Part shown: positions 11,880 to 24,310 of the stretch, piece after piece
Layout of the letters: each line of letters starts with the position of its first letter
Position numbering within the stretch: the first letter of the stretch is position 1
From: Rhodospirillales bacterium
Lineage (GTDB): Bacteria; Pseudomonadota; Alphaproteobacteria; Bin95
DNA length: 64,000 nucleotides
Direction: 5' to 3'
Assembly: GCA_038143065.1 (NCBI GenBank)
Contig: JAYQLI010000035.1
Coordinates: 2,400,894 to 2,464,893, forward strand
Notes under the pieces: generated by a model
What the model was told of the DNA's origin: nothing
Databases searched by the model: none
The model's input: the letters and a program-made list of their open reading frames with translations, nothing else
Made by a program: the position numbers and the translations under genes

Positions 11880-14800
11880 TGCATGAAGACCCCATCCAGC
11901 TTTTGCCGGGGCGGATACCATTTGCGGGTTCGCCAGATGGGGCAGAGGCATTTGCCACGCGAGAAATTGTTCGTCGCACAGGTGCAAGCCGAATACTTTT
12001 CGTTGCTAGAGATGCAGAACGGCGTGCTAGGTTTGAAAACGATATAGCTGTTTTTCTTCCAAGCGCCCATTTGATCAGCATGCCTGCATGGGACTGTTTG
12101 CCTTATGACCGTTCTTCTCCAAATCGGGAAATTATATCTGCACGTATGAAAGCCTTTGGAGAGATTGGCAGGGTGTCCGAGAGCAATCTCACGCTGATTT
12201 CTACCACTGTCAGCGCTCTTCTGCAGCGCATTCCCCCTGCCGCCTCCATTACCTCTGGAATGGAAATATCTGTTGGCGGAGGGTTTAGTGAAGACGCTTT
12301 TCAATCATTTGTGTCTATAAATGGTTATGTGCGTTCGGACACTGTAATGGAACCCGGTGAGTTTGCCCTTCGTGGTTCTATTGTTGACGTATTCCCCGCA
12401 GGGTCTTCCACGCCAGCGAGAATTGATCTTTTTGGTGACGAAGTCGAGGGTATCCGAAGCTTTGATCCACTGACTCAGCGTAGTGAGGGCAGTCTAAATA
12501 AGCTCTCACTGGCGCCAGCATCTGAAGCGCCACTTGATGCTAAAGCCATAGAACGTTTTCGGTCAGGTTATGGTGCTACTTTTGGCGGCGAGGCAATTAA
12601 CGACCCGTTATATGTGTCGGTGTCAGCAGGTCGACGGCATCCAGGTATGGAGCATTGGCTACCAATGTTTCACCCTGAAATGGCGACGCTTTTTGACCTT
12701 CTTCCCAAAGATGCTGTGATTGTGCTGGATCATGCCATTGATGAGGCTATCAGGGCTAGATTTGAGACTATTGCCGATCATTTTTCTGCACGTGCTGAAA
12801 CTTTGTCCGAGATAGTAGATGAGCAACCTTACAGGCCACTATCCCCCTCAATTATATTTAACACCAGATGAGTGGACGGAGCGATTAGCTGAATGGCCCT
12901 CGCTTGCTTTAGAGCAATTTTTAAGAGATGGCAGTTCTCTCTCGGCCAATACTACCCCAATCATTGACTTCGCAGAAGCTCGAGCTCGTTCTGACGCAGA
13001 CCTTTACCTCGCAGTAGGCGCTAGGTTGAGACAGGCAGTCGCCAATAAAAGGATTGCTGTTCTCGTAGCTTCTAGCCAGGGTGCGTTGGATCGTCTGAAG
13101 CGTTTGGTCGCCCAAGAGGGCGACTTTGAGGCAGTTCAAGCCGTTCAAACATTTGATGAGATCTTTAAGTTGCCACAAGGTGCAGCTGCTGGTGTGATAG
13201 CGGAGATTGATCGAGGATTTGAGACCGACACGCTACTGCTGATAACAGAGGCTGATATTGTTGGTGAGCGAATAAATCGTCGTCATCGCCGTCGTCGCCG
13301 GGCTGATACTTTTTTGACCGAGGTGAGTGATATTGTCGAGGGGATTTGGTTGTCCATCTTGAGCATGGAATTGGGCGCTATGAAGGGCTTGAGACAGTAA
13401 CAGCTGGAGGGGCGCCTCATGATTGCCTTAGAGTGATTTACGATGCTGGTGATCGTCTATTTGTTCCAGTTGAAAATATCGACGTTCTTTCCCGTTTTGG
13501 ATCAGATAGCGATGGAGCTACTTTAGATAGGCTAGGGGGTGCAGCGTGGCAGGCTCGGAGGGCTAAAGCAAAAGAACGGATCCGCGAAATGGCGGCTCAG
13601 TTAATCGCTGTCGCTGCGCAGCGTTTAACCAAGCCCGCTGAAAAATTGGTGGCACCCGAGGGTGTTTATGAGGAGTTTGCTGCTAAGTTTCCATTTGATG
13701 AGACAGAGGATCAGTTAAGCGCCATATCAGAAGTTTTTGAGGATATGTCCTCAGGTCGTCCGATGGATAGGCTAATTTGTGGCGATGTGGGTTTCGGTAA
13801 GACAGAGGTTGCTTTAAGGGCAGCATTGATCGCGGCTATGTCAGGCAGACAAGTAGCGCTTGTTGCTCCCACGACCCTTCTTGCTAGGCAGCACTTTTCA
13901 ACCTTCTCCAGACGGTTCCAAGGGTTGCCAGTTCAAGTGCGACAGCTATCCCGCCTTGTCACTGGTAAGGAGGCCACTGCAACTCGTGAAGGAATGAAAG
14001 ACGGAACGGTTGATGTGGTATTTGGGACCCATGCTTTATTAGCGGGATCGGTAGAAATACCAAATTTAGGCTTACTAATTATCGATGAAGAACAGCGATT
14101 TGGTGTGGCCCATAAGGAACGATTAAAAAAGCTTCGAAATGACGTCCATGTTCTTACGCTGACGGCAACCCCAATCCCTCGAACTCTTCAGATGGCTCTG
14201 GCAGGCGTTCGAGAGATGAGCGTGATAGCTACCCCACCGGTCGACCGTCTGGCAGTACGTACTTTTGTGGGGGAGTATGATTCCCTCCAGATCAAAGAGG
14301 CAATTCAGCGGGAACGCTTCCGAGGTGGCCAGACATTTTTTGTAGCCCCAAGGATTCGAGATCTGCCAACTTTAGTCGAGCGAGTGGAAAAGCTTGTTCC
14401 AGACGCCAGGACCGTTGTCGCGCATGGGCAATTGCCGCCTAGTCAGCTTGAAGACGTAATGTCAGCCTTCTACGAAGGGCGGTATGACGTTTTAATATCA
14501 ACAAATATTGTGGAGTCTGGTCTCGATATTCCAACTGCAAATACATTGCTTGTTCATAGGGCCGATCGTTTTGGTCTATCCCAGCTATACCAGCTGCGAG
14601 GGCGCATTGGACGCGGAAAAGAACGTGGATACTGCTATCTAACCCTTCCCAATGATCAGATTGTGACAAAAACTGCACTCCGCCGACTTGAAGTAATGCA
14701 AACCTTAGATGCACTGGGTGCTGGGTTTAATCTTGCTAGTCATGACTTAGATATTCGTGGGGGCGGAAACCTTCTAGGCGATGAGCAGTCGGGCCATATT

Positions 14801-15340
14801 CGCGAGGTGGGTGTTGAGCTGTATCAACAGATGTTGGAGGAGGCCGTCGCGGCCGCCCGTGCGCAAGACGATGCGAAACCCTTCAATGAAGCTTGGTCCC
14901 CACAAATTAATTTGGGCTCTGCTGTATTAATCCCCGAAGCATATGTACGGGAACTAAATACTCGACTTGGCCTCTATCGTCGTCTCGGAGCGCTAGAAAC
15001 AGAACAGGAATTGCAGGGTTTTGCCGCCGAACTTGTAGACAGGTTTGGGCCGTTACCACCGGAAGTGGAAAATCTATTAGAGGTTATGAGTGTAAAGCGG
15101 CTTTGTCGTCTTGCTCACGTGGCTAAATTAGATGTTGGGCCCAAAGGTGCCGTGGCCAGTTTCCATAATAATGACTTTCCAAATCCAGCTGGCCTAATTG
15201 AGTATCTCACTCAGCAAATGGGAACAGCTAAGCTGCGTCCAGATAATAAGTTAGTTGTAACGCGGGCATGGGAAGACCGAAAGGCGCGAGCTAAAGGAGT
15301 AAAGCGTTTGCTTTCAGGCCTTGCCAAAGTTGCCTCATAA
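11879..15340 (+). CDS. mfd: Transcription-repair coupling factor Mfd (frameshifts near 12845 and 13340)
   Basis: PAWDCLPYDRSSP, VVHLEHGIGRY, GDVGFGKTE, DEEQRFG, QLRGRIGR and a TRCF C-terminal domain. Confidence 0.96.
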
Positions 15341-15404
15341 AAGCTTAAGCCCAAAATCACAGATACTTTTATATTGATGCTACCGATTAAACCCCTCAGG
15401 CGTT

Positions 15405-15829
15405 CTAGTCTAGAATCCTGCAGGAAAGTGACCAAACGGTGCGGTTTTCAGCTTGGATTTTGTCATAATTTATTTTTTGTTTTTTTGCTGATTTCCGGGC
15501 AGCTACCTCGAGAGATTGGCGGGTTGTTTCATCCAAGTCATCAAAATCTATAGAGAGAGTCGTTGGAATTTTTGATTTTCGAGGCGTTATATTTTTTCTT
15601 TTTTGGGTTTCCGCCCTCCAAAAATTTCTTCCCATCCAGATCTATATTCATCCGTGGAGACACTGGAAAAATAGCTTATGGGGCGGCTGCCACTCCCTGT
15701 CTTCTTACTAGTTGATGAGCTTGTTTCCGATGAAGTCGAAGTTTCAGATGTACTTGATGATGCCTTTTCTGCGGTCGCAGAAGTTGGCTTTGTCTCTTTA
15801 CTGGTAGCACTCTTTGCTTCTTTTGCCAT
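15405..15829 (-). CDS. Hypothetical protein, Ser/Thr-rich N-terminus and basic C-terminus (about 141 aa after rejoining a frameshift near 15600)
   Basis: Two overlapping ORFs join by adding one A in AAAAAAGAAAAAA, giving ...GGRKPKKRKNITPRKSK... Confidence 0.6.
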
Positions 15830-15978
15830 TGCTAATTGCCTACTTTGGACTTGAGTTTGGTCGGTTTATTACTCCAGGCAATCCTTTAAGAAAAGAGGGT
15901 ATTTTAATATCGGGTATTTGGCCTTGTGCTCGACTTAGACGATATACTCTAGAGCAAATTTGGCATCATTTTTGAGAC

Positions 15979-16063
15979 TGGTGCGGGCGGGGAGACTCGA
16001 ACTCCCACTTCCGAAGAAAACAGATTTTGAGTCTGCCGCGTCTACCGATTCCGCCACGCCCGC
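15979..16063 (-). tRNA. tRNA-Leu(CAA)
   Basis: GCGGGCGTGGCGGAATCGGTAGACGCGGCAGACTCAAAATCTGTTTTCTTCGGAAGTGGGAGTTCGAGTCTCCCCGCCCGCACCA: cloverleaf, CAA anticodon, long variable arm, encoded CCA. Confidence 0.97.
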
Positions 16064-16089
16064 ACGTGACTTTTTGATCTTAAGGGCTG

Positions 16090-16119
16090 TAGATACAGGA
16101 TAGAGGGTAGCGTCGGCAA
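16090..16119 (-). promoter_or_regulatory. Putative sigma70 promoter of tRNA-Leu
   Basis: TTGCCG-N18-TATCTA about 26 nt upstream of the tRNA 5' end. Confidence 0.35.
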
Positions 16120-16130
16120 GCACCTCTGTT

Positions 16131-16601
16131 TCAGTTTGCCCAAATTGTTTTGGGTGCTTCACCAAGATCTGGATCGGTTTGACCTTTGATGGTTCTTGTC
16201 GCACCGCGGAAAGCGGCTATTAGCCTTTCATTTTCCCCTCGAACCTCAACATCAAAAAGACCATTCCGATTTGTTCTCGAAACCTCGCGTGCCGTAGCAA
16301 CTAAAGTTTCTCCCTGCTTTCCAGGCGAGATGAAGGTGATTTGACAGTGTTGTGCCAGTGTTTGATGGTTTTCACCATTACTAGCGTAGGCCATTGCTGT
16401 ATCAGCAAGAGTGAAAATAAAGCCGCCATGAGCAACTGAATGACCGTTAACCATATCATCTCGCACCACCATGTTTATTTTACACCACCCCATCCCAGCA
16501 GCATCTATTGAAATCCCAAGACTGCGGGCTGTTTCGTCTTTTGCATGTAGTGACTGGATGACTTTTTGGGCGAAGTTGTTTCGTGCATCTTCAATTGTCA
16601 T
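16131..16601 (-). CDS. paaI: Hydroxyphenylacetyl-CoA thioesterase PaaI (hotdog fold)
   Basis: DMVNGHSVAHGGFIFTLADTAMAYASN motif; start reassigned to ATG 16601. Confidence 0.88.
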   Translation of the reverse strand: MTIEDARNNFAQKVIQSLHAKDETARSLGISIDAAGMGWCKINMVVRDDMVNGHSVAHGGFIFTLADTAMAYASNGENHQTLAQHCQITFISPGKQGETLVATAREVSRTNRNGLFDVEVRGENERLIAAFRGATRTIKGQTDPDLGEAPKTIWAN

Positions 16602-16667
16602 GGGTTTCTTTGTCCTAAGCCTGAATTCCTGTAGGCTAACTCTGTTAACAATGATCTGTGAACCAAC

Positions 16668-17153
16668 ATGAATCACGACAATTATTCAAATCAGTATATC
16701 CGAGAAATCCTAACGGACTCACGTGTTGTGGCTATGGTTGGGGCAAGTCCAAATTGGAATCGACCTAGTTTTTTTGTGATGAAATATCTCCAGGCAAAGG
16801 GTTTTCGTGTACTTCCAATTAACCCAGCTGCCGAAGGTCAAGAAATTTTGGGCGAGACTGTGTATGCTTCTTTAGAGCAGCTGCCGTGCAAGGTGGACTT
16901 GGTTGATATCTTCCGAAATTCCGAGGCGGCCGGGTCTATAACAGATCAAGCGATCAAAATTAACGCAAAGGCGGTTTGGATGCAGTTAACGGTCCGTAAT
17001 GATGCTGCGGCAGCTCGAGCGGAGAAAGCTGGACTTAAAGTTGTTATGAACCGATGCCCAAAGATTGAGTTTGCCCGTCTAAATGGCGAAATTGGGTGGT
17101 CTGGAGTAAATTCTGGAGTTATCTCGTCCAAGCGCCGCAAAATTTCCTTGTGA
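16668..17153 (+). CDS. CoA-binding protein (YccU-like)
   Basis: AMVGASPNWNRPS, VDIFRNSE, WMQL and MNRCPKIE motifs. Confidence 0.92.
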   Translation: MNHDNYSNQYIREILTDSRVVAMVGASPNWNRPSFFVMKYLQAKGFRVLPINPAAEGQEILGETVYASLEQLPCKVDLVDIFRNSEAAGSITDQAIKINAKAVWMQLTVRNDAAAARAEKAGLKVVMNRCPKIEFARLNGEIGWSGVNSGVISSKRRKISL

Positions 17154-17160
17154 GGAGAAA

Positions 17161-18448
17161 ATGAGTAGTGACGGTTTATACGGGTTTGAAACCCTAGCAA
17201 TTCATGCAGGCTCAACACCTGATCCAGCTACTGGTGCCCGTTCCACACCTATTTATCAAACGACCTCCTATGTTTTTGATGATACCGATGCAGCAGCTTC
17301 TTTATTCAACCTACAGACATATGGATACATATATTCACGCCTAGGAAATCCTACCGTAGCTGTCCTAGAGGAGCGAGTGGCAGCTCTTGAGGGCGGCCGT
17401 GGTGCAATTGCAACTTCTTCAGGTCATGCTGCTCAGCAGCTTGCCCTATTCACATTGATGGAGCCGGGCGACCGCTTTGTGGCATCTAACAAGCTTTATG
17501 GCGGTTCGGTGACGCAGTTCACCCGCACTTTCAAAAAATTTGGCTGGGAATGCGATATGGTCGATACCGAGGACCTCGCTAGAGTCAGAGCAGCGCTAGA
17601 CAAGCCAACATGTAAGGCACTTTTTGTGAAAGCCTCGCTAATCCTGGTGGTGTGATTTCAGATATTGAGACATTAGCTGGATTAGCTCACGACGCTGGGG
17701 TTCCTCTGATCGTTGATAATACTATGGCTAGTCCTGCTCTTTGCCGGCCGATTGAGTTCGGCGCGGACATTGTGATTCACTCAACAACCAAGTTCATTTC
17801 AGGCCATGGCAATGCGATGGGGGGATGATCGTCGACAGTGGGAAATTCAATTGGGCCCAGAACGAAAAATTTCCTAGTCTTACCAAACCTGAAGCAGCGT
17901 ATCACGGCCTTGTTTTCTTTGAAACTTTTGGTGATTTAGCTCTAACGGTGCATGGCCATGCAGTTGGCTTGCGTGACCTAGGGCCAGCTATGGCACCAAT
18001 GAATGCATTCCTAGCGATTACTGGCGCAGAGACACTACCTTTGAGGATGCTGCGTCACTGCGAGAATGCAGAGATAATTGCTAACTATCTTCAAAATCAC
18101 CCCAAGGTTGCCTGGGTTTCTTATGCAGGGTTAGAAGGCAATAAATACCGTCCTCTTGCTGAAAAGTACCTGGGTGGGAAGGCAGGTAGTGTTTTTACCT
18201 TTGGGGTAAAAGGCGGTTATGAGGCAGGAATGAAGCTTGTTGAAGCTTGTGAGCTGTTTAGTCATTTGGCGAATATTGGGGATACAAGAAGCCTAATACT
18301 TCACCCTGCATCAACGACGCACCGTCAGTTGACTGCTGAGCAAGCGGAAGCAGCGGGTGCTGGAGCAGATGTTATTCGAGTATCTATAGGCTTAGAAACC
18401 GCGGCTGATTTGGTTCGAGATTTAGAACAAGCCTTCGAAGCGGTTTAA
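17161..18448 (+). CDS. metY: O-acetylhomoserine aminocarboxypropyltransferase/sulfhydrylase (frameshifts near 17625 and 17822)
   Basis: PIYQTTSY, YSRLGNPT, the intervening frame ESLANPGG...VDNT...HSTTKF (PLP Lys), HLANIGD and HPASTTH. Confidence 0.92.
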
Positions 18449-18502
18449 TTTAAATTTGCTAGTAGTTTTAATGGTCTAAAGCATAAATGGGTGCGTTCAG
18501 AC

Positions 18503-19521
18503 TTAATTATTAAAGCCATCCAGGAAGGATGAGAGGTTTGATTCGAGGCTCGGAACATCATATCCACCCTCTTGGACTAGAAGTGTTGGAAGCCCAAGCT
18601 CTGACATCCTTCGGGCAATTTCACCAAAACAGGCAGTAGTAATATTAAGGCAGCCAATTGGGTCTTTTTCAAAGCCGTCGAAGCCTAATGACACAAGCAA
18701 GGCGCCAGGCTGATGGTCTTTTATCTTGTTCAAGGCTACTTCAAGCGCGGCGAGGAATTCGGTATCTCCAGTACCCTTAGGAAGAGGTAGGTTGAGGTTT
18801 TTATTCGCTCCTAATCCACTCCCAGTTTCGTTGGCATAACCCGCAAAAAAGGGGAAGTAATCACTTGGATCACCGTGCAGAGAAACAAAGAGAACATCGT
18901 TGCGTTCGTAGAAAATACTCTGGGTCCCGTTACCATGGTGTACATCTATGTCGAGGATGGCCAGTTGAGGCCAGCGTTGTGTCAAATGATTAGCTGCTAT
19001 TGCAACGTTGTTGAGATAACAGAAGCCTCCTGCAAGATCTGAGAAGGCATGGTGGCCTGGAGGACGGCAAAGAGCGTAAACTGCCGTTTCTCCGCTTAGC
19101 AATGCGTTTGCGGCTGTTAATGCTATATCTGCAGAAGCGAGAGAAGCTATCCAAGTTCCCTCAGCAATCGGGGCTGAGTTTGTAGCCATGTAGTATCCGG
19201 CTTGCCCCTGAATTCCTGTTGGCAGACCTGTCATACGCCGATTAGGCTGCGCGTACGGATGAACATAGGGTGTTGGATCGGGTAATTCCTGCCAACGGCC
19301 CCAAGCGGTTTTGAGAAATTCCAGGTACCCCTTGTCATGTATCGCTTCTATAGGCCCAAGTCCGTGGCTCACTGGAGGTTTCAGATCATGCCCCCAGTTG
19401 TTACCGCTGAAAGCAGGGCATAAGCGCGGGACGCAACTTCCCAATGAGGAATTGCTTGACCTCGACTTATTATTTCCGTGGGTTGGTGCGAAAGATGGGC
19501 ATCGCTCTGAACAACCAACAT
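18503..19521 (-). CDS. Histone deacetylase family / acetylpolyamine amidohydrolase (frameshift near 19392)
   Basis: RPPGHHA, GGFCYLNN, DIDVHHGNGTQ and QEGGY motifs; true N-terminus MLVVQSDAHLSHQP... starts at ATG 19521. Confidence 0.9.
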
Positions 19522-19609
19522 TTCAATCTCTTCCTACTGGGCAAAGTCGGTACTCTAGAAACAGGTCTAAGGGCTGGCAACTCAGATCGGGTACGGATAT
19601 ACAAAATTC

Positions 19610-20280
19610 ATGAATATTCAAGTCATCAATATCGATGTCTGGGTCTTCGACCTGGATAACACTCTGTATAATCCACTGCGTTCAGACCTTATGCCTCAGA
19701 TGCATCAGCGTATGCAGGAATTTATCATGGCTGAGTTCAGCGTTGACCTTGCAGAAGCAGACCGACGCCGACAGTTCTATTATGAGCAGTACGGAACTAC
19801 GCTCCGGGGCTTGATGGAACACCATGGGCTCGACCCAGAAAAATTTTTGCCCTACTGCCACAAACTCGATTTGTCTGGGATAAGACCTGATAAACCGTTG
19901 GATAGCGCATTGTCGAACTTGCCAGGTAGGAAGATCATCTACACAAATGCCACGGAAGCGCATGCGATAGCGGTCATGGATCGCCTATGCATCTCAAGCC
20001 ATTTTGAAGCAGTGTTTGATATTGCCGATGCAAATTACCTGCCAAAGCCATATCTGCCATCATATGAACTATTTTTGAAGAAGCATGCCGTGGATCCTAA
20101 AAGAGCTGTAATGTTCGAGGATACGGCAAAGAACCTTAAGCCAGCTTACGAGCTTGGCATGAGCACCGTATGGATGAAAAATAGTCGTCCTGGGGCAATC
20201 CCAGACGAAAAAATCAGAACCATATTCAACATGTTGCGGAAGAATTGTCTGATTTCTTGAGAGATAAATTAATTTTTTGA
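19610..20280 (+). CDS. Pyrimidine 5'-nucleotidase (HAD family; frameshift near 20210)
   Basis: WVFDLDNTLY, YGTTLRGL, PKP and MFEDTAKNL motifs; corrected frame ends ...ELSDFLRDKLIF* at 20280. Confidence 0.88.
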
Positions 20281-20414
20281 ACACCGACATATCATCTTAG
20301 TGCATCCCTGAGAGCTCTAACATAGGGATTGAACTAGAGGTGTTTGGCAAAGGCGATGACCAGAAACTTGAGAATTGAAAAACCTTAAGTCTAAGACAAA
20401 AATCGCGGTTTAAA

Positions 20415-21122
20415 TTAAATTGTTTCTGACTGACCTGCATCGGATGTTTTGGGTGAAACAATGCCACCCGAGACTACAAGTTTAATTCCTTCCTCGATTG
20501 TCATTTCTAACACCTGCACATCATCTTTAGGAACGAACAGCAGAAACCCTGATGTTGGATTTGGTGTTGTAGGCAAAAACACATTAACCATGGGCTGCTT
20601 GAGCTTGTGAGCTACTTCACCCTTAGTTGCGCCGGATACAAAACCTATCGCCCAAATTCCTTTCCTTGGATATTCGAGAAGCACTACTTGTCGAAATGCT
20701 GTTGCCCGTTTGGCTAATACGGTTTCAAGGACCTGCTTAATTGCACTGTAAACACTCCGTACAATGGGCATTTGGTTTAGGATGCGTTCACTTGTCCGGA
20801 GGAAAATGCGCCCCAAAAGACCGGCAGTTAGTGCGCCAATAATTATTAACCCAAGGAAAACAATCAGAAGACCTACACCCGGAATAGCAATTTTTGGATA
20901 CCAAGCGTCAGGCATTAGGTGTCTGGCGGCTCCTTCAAAGAATTGAAGGATCTGCCATGAAATCCAGGCAGTGACTGTTATCGGTGTCGTAACCAGAACG
21001 CCTGCTAAAAAATAGTTTCTTATTCGGGCATTAAATAAGCCTCTCCATATTGCAAATCTGATAGCGATTTTTTGACGTGAAGTCTGGCTTGTCTTTGGGT
21101 CAGACGTGCTTTCAGAACCCAT
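20415..21122 (-). CDS. DUF502 domain membrane protein
   Basis: NYFLAG, PIVRSVY, EYPRKG and FLPTTPNPTSGFL motifs. Confidence 0.92.
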   Translation of the reverse strand: MGSESTSDPKTSQTSRQKIAIRFAIWRGLFNARIRNYFLAGVLVTTPITVTAWISWQILQFFEGAARHLMPDAWYPKIAIPGVGLLIVFLGLIIIGALTAGLLGRIFLRTSERILNQMPIVRSVYSAIKQVLETVLAKRATAFRQVVLLEYPRKGIWAIGFVSGATKGEVAHKLKQPMVNVFLPTTPNPTSGFLLFVPKDDVQVLEMTIEEGIKLVVSGGIVSPKTSDAGQSETI

Positions 21123-21290
21123 TAGCTGCTCTTTCAGTAATCTGCATCAATAATAGGATCAATTACAGAACATGAAATGGCTGTAATAAAAAAGATATGA
21201 ACATCTTGTTCAGCAATCCACTTTTGTAACTGGTCGATGGGCAGGTATGCTGAGGTCAGCTCTTACCTATCTGAAAGTAAAATCTAAATT

Positions 21291-22700
21291 ATGGAAACTT
21301 CCTCTCTTCCCTCTCTTTCGTGGCAGGATATAGAACGATCATAGCGAAAGCCAAACGGCGCCCAAAAAATGGCGGAAAAAGTTTTGGCTGCAATAGAAGA
21401 TACGTGGGATGCCAATGCTTATCGGATTGTTAATTCAGAGAGTTTTGGCAGAAGCCATTGCAGCGGATGAACGTCGAAAGGTAGATCAAAGTGCCTCGCC
21501 CCTAATGGGCTTGCCTGTTTCAGTGAAAGACCTTTTTGTTGTTGAGGGTTATGATACGATGGCAGGCACTCCAAAAGCTTTAGATGAGTGTCTCGGAGGT
21601 GAAGGTCCAGTTGTAAGATCACTCCGCGACGTAAACGTTGTCGTAACTGGGAAGACACACACCGTTGAATTTGCGTTTGGGGGCATTGGAACAAATCCTC
21701 ATCATCCAACCCCGATTAATCCGTGGGACTCAGCCCAAGCAAGAGTCCCTGGGGGGTCTAGTTCTGGTGCGGGAGTAAGTCTTTGGTCAGGTACAGCAGC
21801 TCTAGCGCTTGGCTCAGATACGGCGGGATCAGTTCGTGTGCCTGCCAGTCTCAATGGCTGCATTGGTCTAAAAACTACTCACGGTCGTTGGGCTTTAGAC
21901 GGTATAGCCCCTCTCTGTCCAAGCTTAGATACAGCTGGGCTTTTGGCGCTGGATGCCGAAATAATTGCGGAAGCTTTTAAGGTAATTGATCCCAAAATTA
22001 GTAAAGATTCCTCTGCCTTTGATAGGTCATGGCCTGGGACAGTTAATGGAGTGCGTATTGGCATCCTGCGATCAGGTTTTGATGAAACGGAATGGGGATC
22101 GATAAGGTGACCGAAAAGGCTTTGAAAGAATTAGAGGCAGCGGGGGCAGTTCTTCAAGATATCGAATTGCCAGTGGCAGCCGATGCTTTGGAGTTATTTA
22201 AGGTTGGGGGTGTGGCAGGAATTGAATTTGCGGGCCTAATCTCAAACCGTTTTCCTGAGTGGCGAGATACTCTCGACCCAAATGTGCAGCAGCGCTTTGA
22301 GTCGTTAGAGAAAGCCACTGCAATTGAATACCTTCGTCGCTTGGATGCTCTTGCAGCAATGCAGTTGGGAGCAGCGCAGCGGTTATCTCAAGCTAATGTT
22401 GATGTTATCGCTTGCCCAGCTGTGCCTATTTCAGCTCCAACCCAACAGGAGGTCGCTGATGGAACTCGCTATGTGAATCGAAATATGCTTGCGTTGAGAA
22501 ACACAGTAGTTGGAAATTTCCTCAAAATGTCAGGCTTCACCATACCATGCGGTAAGGATGCTCTTAATCTGCCAGTCGGTTTAATGCTTATGGCTAATGG
22601 AGAAGCCGACGTCTTCACTGTGGGTTTATTGCTTGCAGTTCAACGGGTGCTTGGAAGGCCCTTTGATCGTCTGGGAGCTCCTCCAAGGTTTAATCTATAA
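21291..22700 (+). CDS. Amidase signature family enzyme (GatA/AtzE-like); breaks near 21343, 21440 and 22097
   Basis: SVKDLF, GKTHTVEFA, PGGSSSG and GSDTAGSVRVPA (Ser-cisSer-Lys triad). Start is either ATG 21291 (followed by in-frame TAG 21342) or ATG 21369. Confidence 0.85.
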
Positions 22701-22710
22701 AGGATCACTA

Positions 22711-23496
22711 ATGTCTTATGCCCCATTTAATCTTGCAGGTAAGAAAGTCCTCATCACCGGGGGAAATAGTGGTATCGGTCTTGGGATGGCAGAAGCCCTG
22801 GCGGAGGCTGGTGCTGATATTGTAGTTTGGGGCACTGACCTGCGGAAAATTGAGGTTGCCCAGGATAGTCTTAACGCTAAAGGCATCCAGGCGCTCGGTC
22901 TCAAAGTAGATGTTTCAAGTGAGGAAGATACTGCTGAAAAGTTTGCACAAACCATCGATTTTCTAGGGGGACAGTTAAACGCCTGCTTTGCCAATGCTGG
23001 AGTTTCTTCCAATCGACGTGCAACTAAAGATGGTTTTGCCGCCATGTCTTACGATGAATGGCGTAGAGTGCTTGATGTCAATTTAGATGGTGTTTTCTTC
23101 ACCCTACGGGCAGCGGCCAAACAAATGGTTGATCAAGGTAAAGGCGGTTCACTTGCTGTTACATCCTCATTAGCTGCCATAATGGGTCAGGCAAGAGGAC
23201 AGCATTATGGCGCTACGAAAGGTGCGGTTATTGCAATGAGCCGAGCGTTGGCTGTGGAATATGGTAAGTTTGGCATTCGATCAAATGCCATCCTTCCAGG
23301 GTGGATAGAAAGTCCGATGACCCATAATACGCTTTCTTGGGATCGTTTTCAGGAGGCGGTTCTTCCACGGGTGCCAGCTGGAAGATGGGGTGAAAAAGAG
23401 GATTTCGGCGGGATTGCTGTTTACCTTGTTTCTGATGCTAGTCGTTATCACTCGGGCGATACCTTCGTGATAGACGGCGCCTACTCGTTGTTTTAG
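22711..23496 (+). CDS. Short-chain dehydrogenase/reductase
   Basis: TGGNSGIG, ANAG, YGATK and PGWIES motifs; ATG at 22711. Confidence 0.93.
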   Translation: MSYAPFNLAGKKVLITGGNSGIGLGMAEALAEAGADIVVWGTDLRKIEVAQDSLNAKGIQALGLKVDVSSEEDTAEKFAQTIDFLGGQLNACFANAGVSSNRRATKDGFAAMSYDEWRRVLDVNLDGVFFTLRAAAKQMVDQGKGGSLAVTSSLAAIMGQARGQHYGATKGAVIAMSRALAVEYGKFGIRSNAILPGWIESPMTHNTLSWDRFQEAVLPRVPAGRWGEKEDFGGIAVYLVSDASRYHSGDTFVIDGAYSLF

Positions 23497-23507
23497 GAGG
23501 CAAATTG

Positions 23508-24310
23508 ATGGGCGATTTAGTCAAAATATCATGGATTGATCGGCCAGAAGGCGGAAAGTTAGCCAGAGTTATTATTAATGATCCTGGACGCTTAAATGCA
23601 ATGAGCCGGGTTCTAATGTTGGAATTCATTGAAGTAATGGACTCGATAGCGCTCGAAGATGACTGCCGTTGTGTCATTGTGGAGGGAGCTGGGGGTAGGG
23701 CTTTTGTAGGCGGCGCAAATATCTTTGAGCTTGGTGATTTGACTAAGGCAACAGCTCGTTCCTGTTGACATTGGTTCATCGCTGCTGCGATGGGCTTCGT
23801 AGATGCCCAGTTCCAACTATCGCAAAGGTGGATGGTTTTTGTATTGGTGCTGGTATGGAACTCGCAGCGGCTGCAGACTTACGGGTAGCCAGCGATACTT
23901 CAATTTTTGGAATGCCCGAAGTTGCAGTGGGTTTGCCATCAGTAGTCGAAGCTAGCCTCTTTCCTGGTTTGATTGGATGGGGACGTACACGCCAAATGAT
24001 GTTGACTGGTGAGAATATTGACGCCCAGACCGCAGAGCGTTGGGGTTTTATTGAGGCGGTAGCGCCAAAAGCTGCACTTGAGGCAGCAGTTGAGCGTTTT
24101 GTATTGCCGATTGTGAAGGCAGGTCCTCGAGCAATTCGAGCACAGAAGCAGCTAATGCGAAGCTGGGAAGCTATGAGCCCCGTAGATGCTGCTCGAGCTG
24201 GAATAGATGCTCTTGCAGACGCCTTTGATGATGATGAACCCAAACTTTTAACAGGACATGTGGTTAAAGAATTGTTGGCGAAGCGATTAGCAAAGGGGAA
24301 AGTTGAATGA
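23508..24310 (+). CDS. Enoyl-CoA hydratase/isomerase family (frameshift near 23762)
   Basis: AFVGGANI, GFCIGAGMEL and GMPEV motifs; AGGAGG RBS. Confidence 0.88.

Noticed and set aside
9486-15340. Programmed frameshifting or true pseudogenes in recG and mfd
   Set aside because: The breaks match the window-wide homopolymer indel pattern and show no stimulatory signals or other decay.
15340-16063. Possible genomic island at the tRNA-Leu 3' end
   Set aside because: No integrase or duplicated tRNA 3' end; only one small gene lies between the tRNA and mfd.
15935-16204. 89-aa ORF on the minus strand
   Set aside because: It runs through tRNA-Leu and overlaps paaI, so it is a spurious translation.
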